64,000 nt of DNA from a virus (Duplodnaviria; Heunggongvirae; Uroviricota; Caudoviricetes), in IMG/VR virus record IMGVR_UViG_3300043411_002784, one strand, 5' to 3'. This document shows, one piece after another, positions 63,572 through 64,000 of this stretch. Position 1 is the stretch's first letter; each line of letters opens with the position of its first letter. The notes below the pieces were generated by a model that saw only the letters and a program-made list of their open reading frames with translations, had not been told where the DNA came from and searched no databases. The translations under genes and the position numbers were made by a program.

Positions 63572-64000
63572 ATGTCCGCTGAATCTCTGCCTCCTGCCTA
63601 CGAGAAGGCGAAGCTCGCTCACTTGTTGTCGCGAGCCATTTGCGGCTGCTTGTCGGCGGACTGCCCGCGACACGGCGCCTACGTGGCCGGCGAGCGCGAC
63701 GAGGCCTACGAATTGGCTGCGCGTCATGCGCACGCCGTGCCTGAGCTCATCCTGGTCGACGGGCGTCTGCCGCAGTGGCACGACTACGAGAAAGTCGTCC
63801 GCGACAATCCGATCGTCAAGCAGGCCGACGAGGCTTTGCGGCTGGGCGGCTATCAAGATCGCACCCACATGCTGCAGTGCGTCGTCATCGCTCTCGATCA
63901 GGTGAACGGCCGATTGCTGGATCAATTGTTTGCGAGAGGCTCCGGATCGCCGTCGCTAGCGGTTCCGTACGGTCCGGCGGACCAGTTTTACCGCCTGACG
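63572..64000 (+). CDS. hypothetical protein, 3'-truncated by the window end
   Basis: AAGGAG ribosome-binding site 5 nt upstream of the ATG; open to the window end; absent from the ORF track because it has no stop. Confidence 0.5.
   Translation, partial: MSAESLPPAYEKAKLAHLLSRAICGCLSADCPRHGAYVAGERDEAYELAARHAHAVPELILVDGRLPQWHDYEKVVRDNPIVKQADEALRLGGYQDRTHMLQCVVIALDQVNGRLLDQLFARGSGSPSLAVPYGPADQFYRLT

Noticed and set aside
1-64000. search for tRNA, rRNA and CRISPR arrays
   Set aside because: No spaced direct-repeat array. No intergenic segment with tRNA-like GTTCGAATC-type T-arm features. No rRNA-like conserved stretches. Intergenic space is small, and what exists was inspected.

Overview
The window is a GC-rich (~65%), densely packed stretch of a large dsDNA phage or prophage. 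It has the codon bias and gene content of a phage infecting a high-GC host, possibly a Planctomycetes- or Actinobacteria-like organism. About 49 kb (13.5-62.9 kb) is a single plus-strand gene array with many ATGA/TAATG/GTGA translational-coupling overlaps and AAGGAGG-type ribosome-binding sites.

Recognisable content, by function:
- DNA packaging and virion: a lambda GpA-like terminase large subunit on the minus strand, a candidate T7-like portal, several candidate structural proteins, and three glycosyltransferases.
- Replication: a family-A DNA polymerase with an N-terminal family-4 uracil-DNA-glycosylase-like domain and a 3'-5' exonuclease domain, a DnaB-like helicase, a TOPRIM primase, a separate large protein with a CHC2 primase-type zinc finger, an SF2 DExH helicase, an RNase HI homologue and a DnaQ-like exonuclease.
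- Recombination and repair: SbcD/Mre11 and SbcC/Rad50, a RecA-like recombinase, and a RuvC-like resolvase fused to a DnaJ-type zinc finger.
- Nucleotide metabolism and modification: ThyX, a Nudix hydrolase, a P-loop kinase and a DPPY-type DNA methyltransferase.
- Other: a free-standing HNH/NUMOD4 homing endonuclease, and a secreted trypsin-like serine protease next to two small membrane proteins.
- Minus-strand left-end operon: an HTH-fused metallophosphoesterase followed by an SPFH/band-7 protein.

I found no rRNA, tRNA or CRISPR array.

Features the gene calls do not explain:
- A palindromic AT-rich element (consensus TTATCACGTGATAA, founding copy a perfect 20-bp palindrome) recurs at least 6-8 times. 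Each copy lies in the short gap between a stop codon and the next start codon.
- A small protein is unmistakably homologous to the C-terminal domain of the RNA polymerase alpha subunit, with a Cys-cluster insertion.
- A roughly 670-aa protein has a histone-H1-like AKP-repeat N-terminus, a roughly 140-residue poly-Glu/Asp block and a second AKP-repeat tail. It sits next to a RecA-like protein that also has an AKP-type N-terminus.
- The primase appears split into a zinc-finger protein and a TOPRIM protein.
- A 390-bp non-coding island carries direct repeats and AT-rich boxes, and could be an origin or early control region.
- A region reads as a possible +1 frameshift.
- A 3-codon upstream ORF sits ahead of a small basic ORF in a long leader.
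- Several textbook intrinsic terminators are present.

Many long ORFs on the opposite strand in the provided track are Arg/Ala/Gly-rich artefacts of the GC-rich sequence and were rejected.
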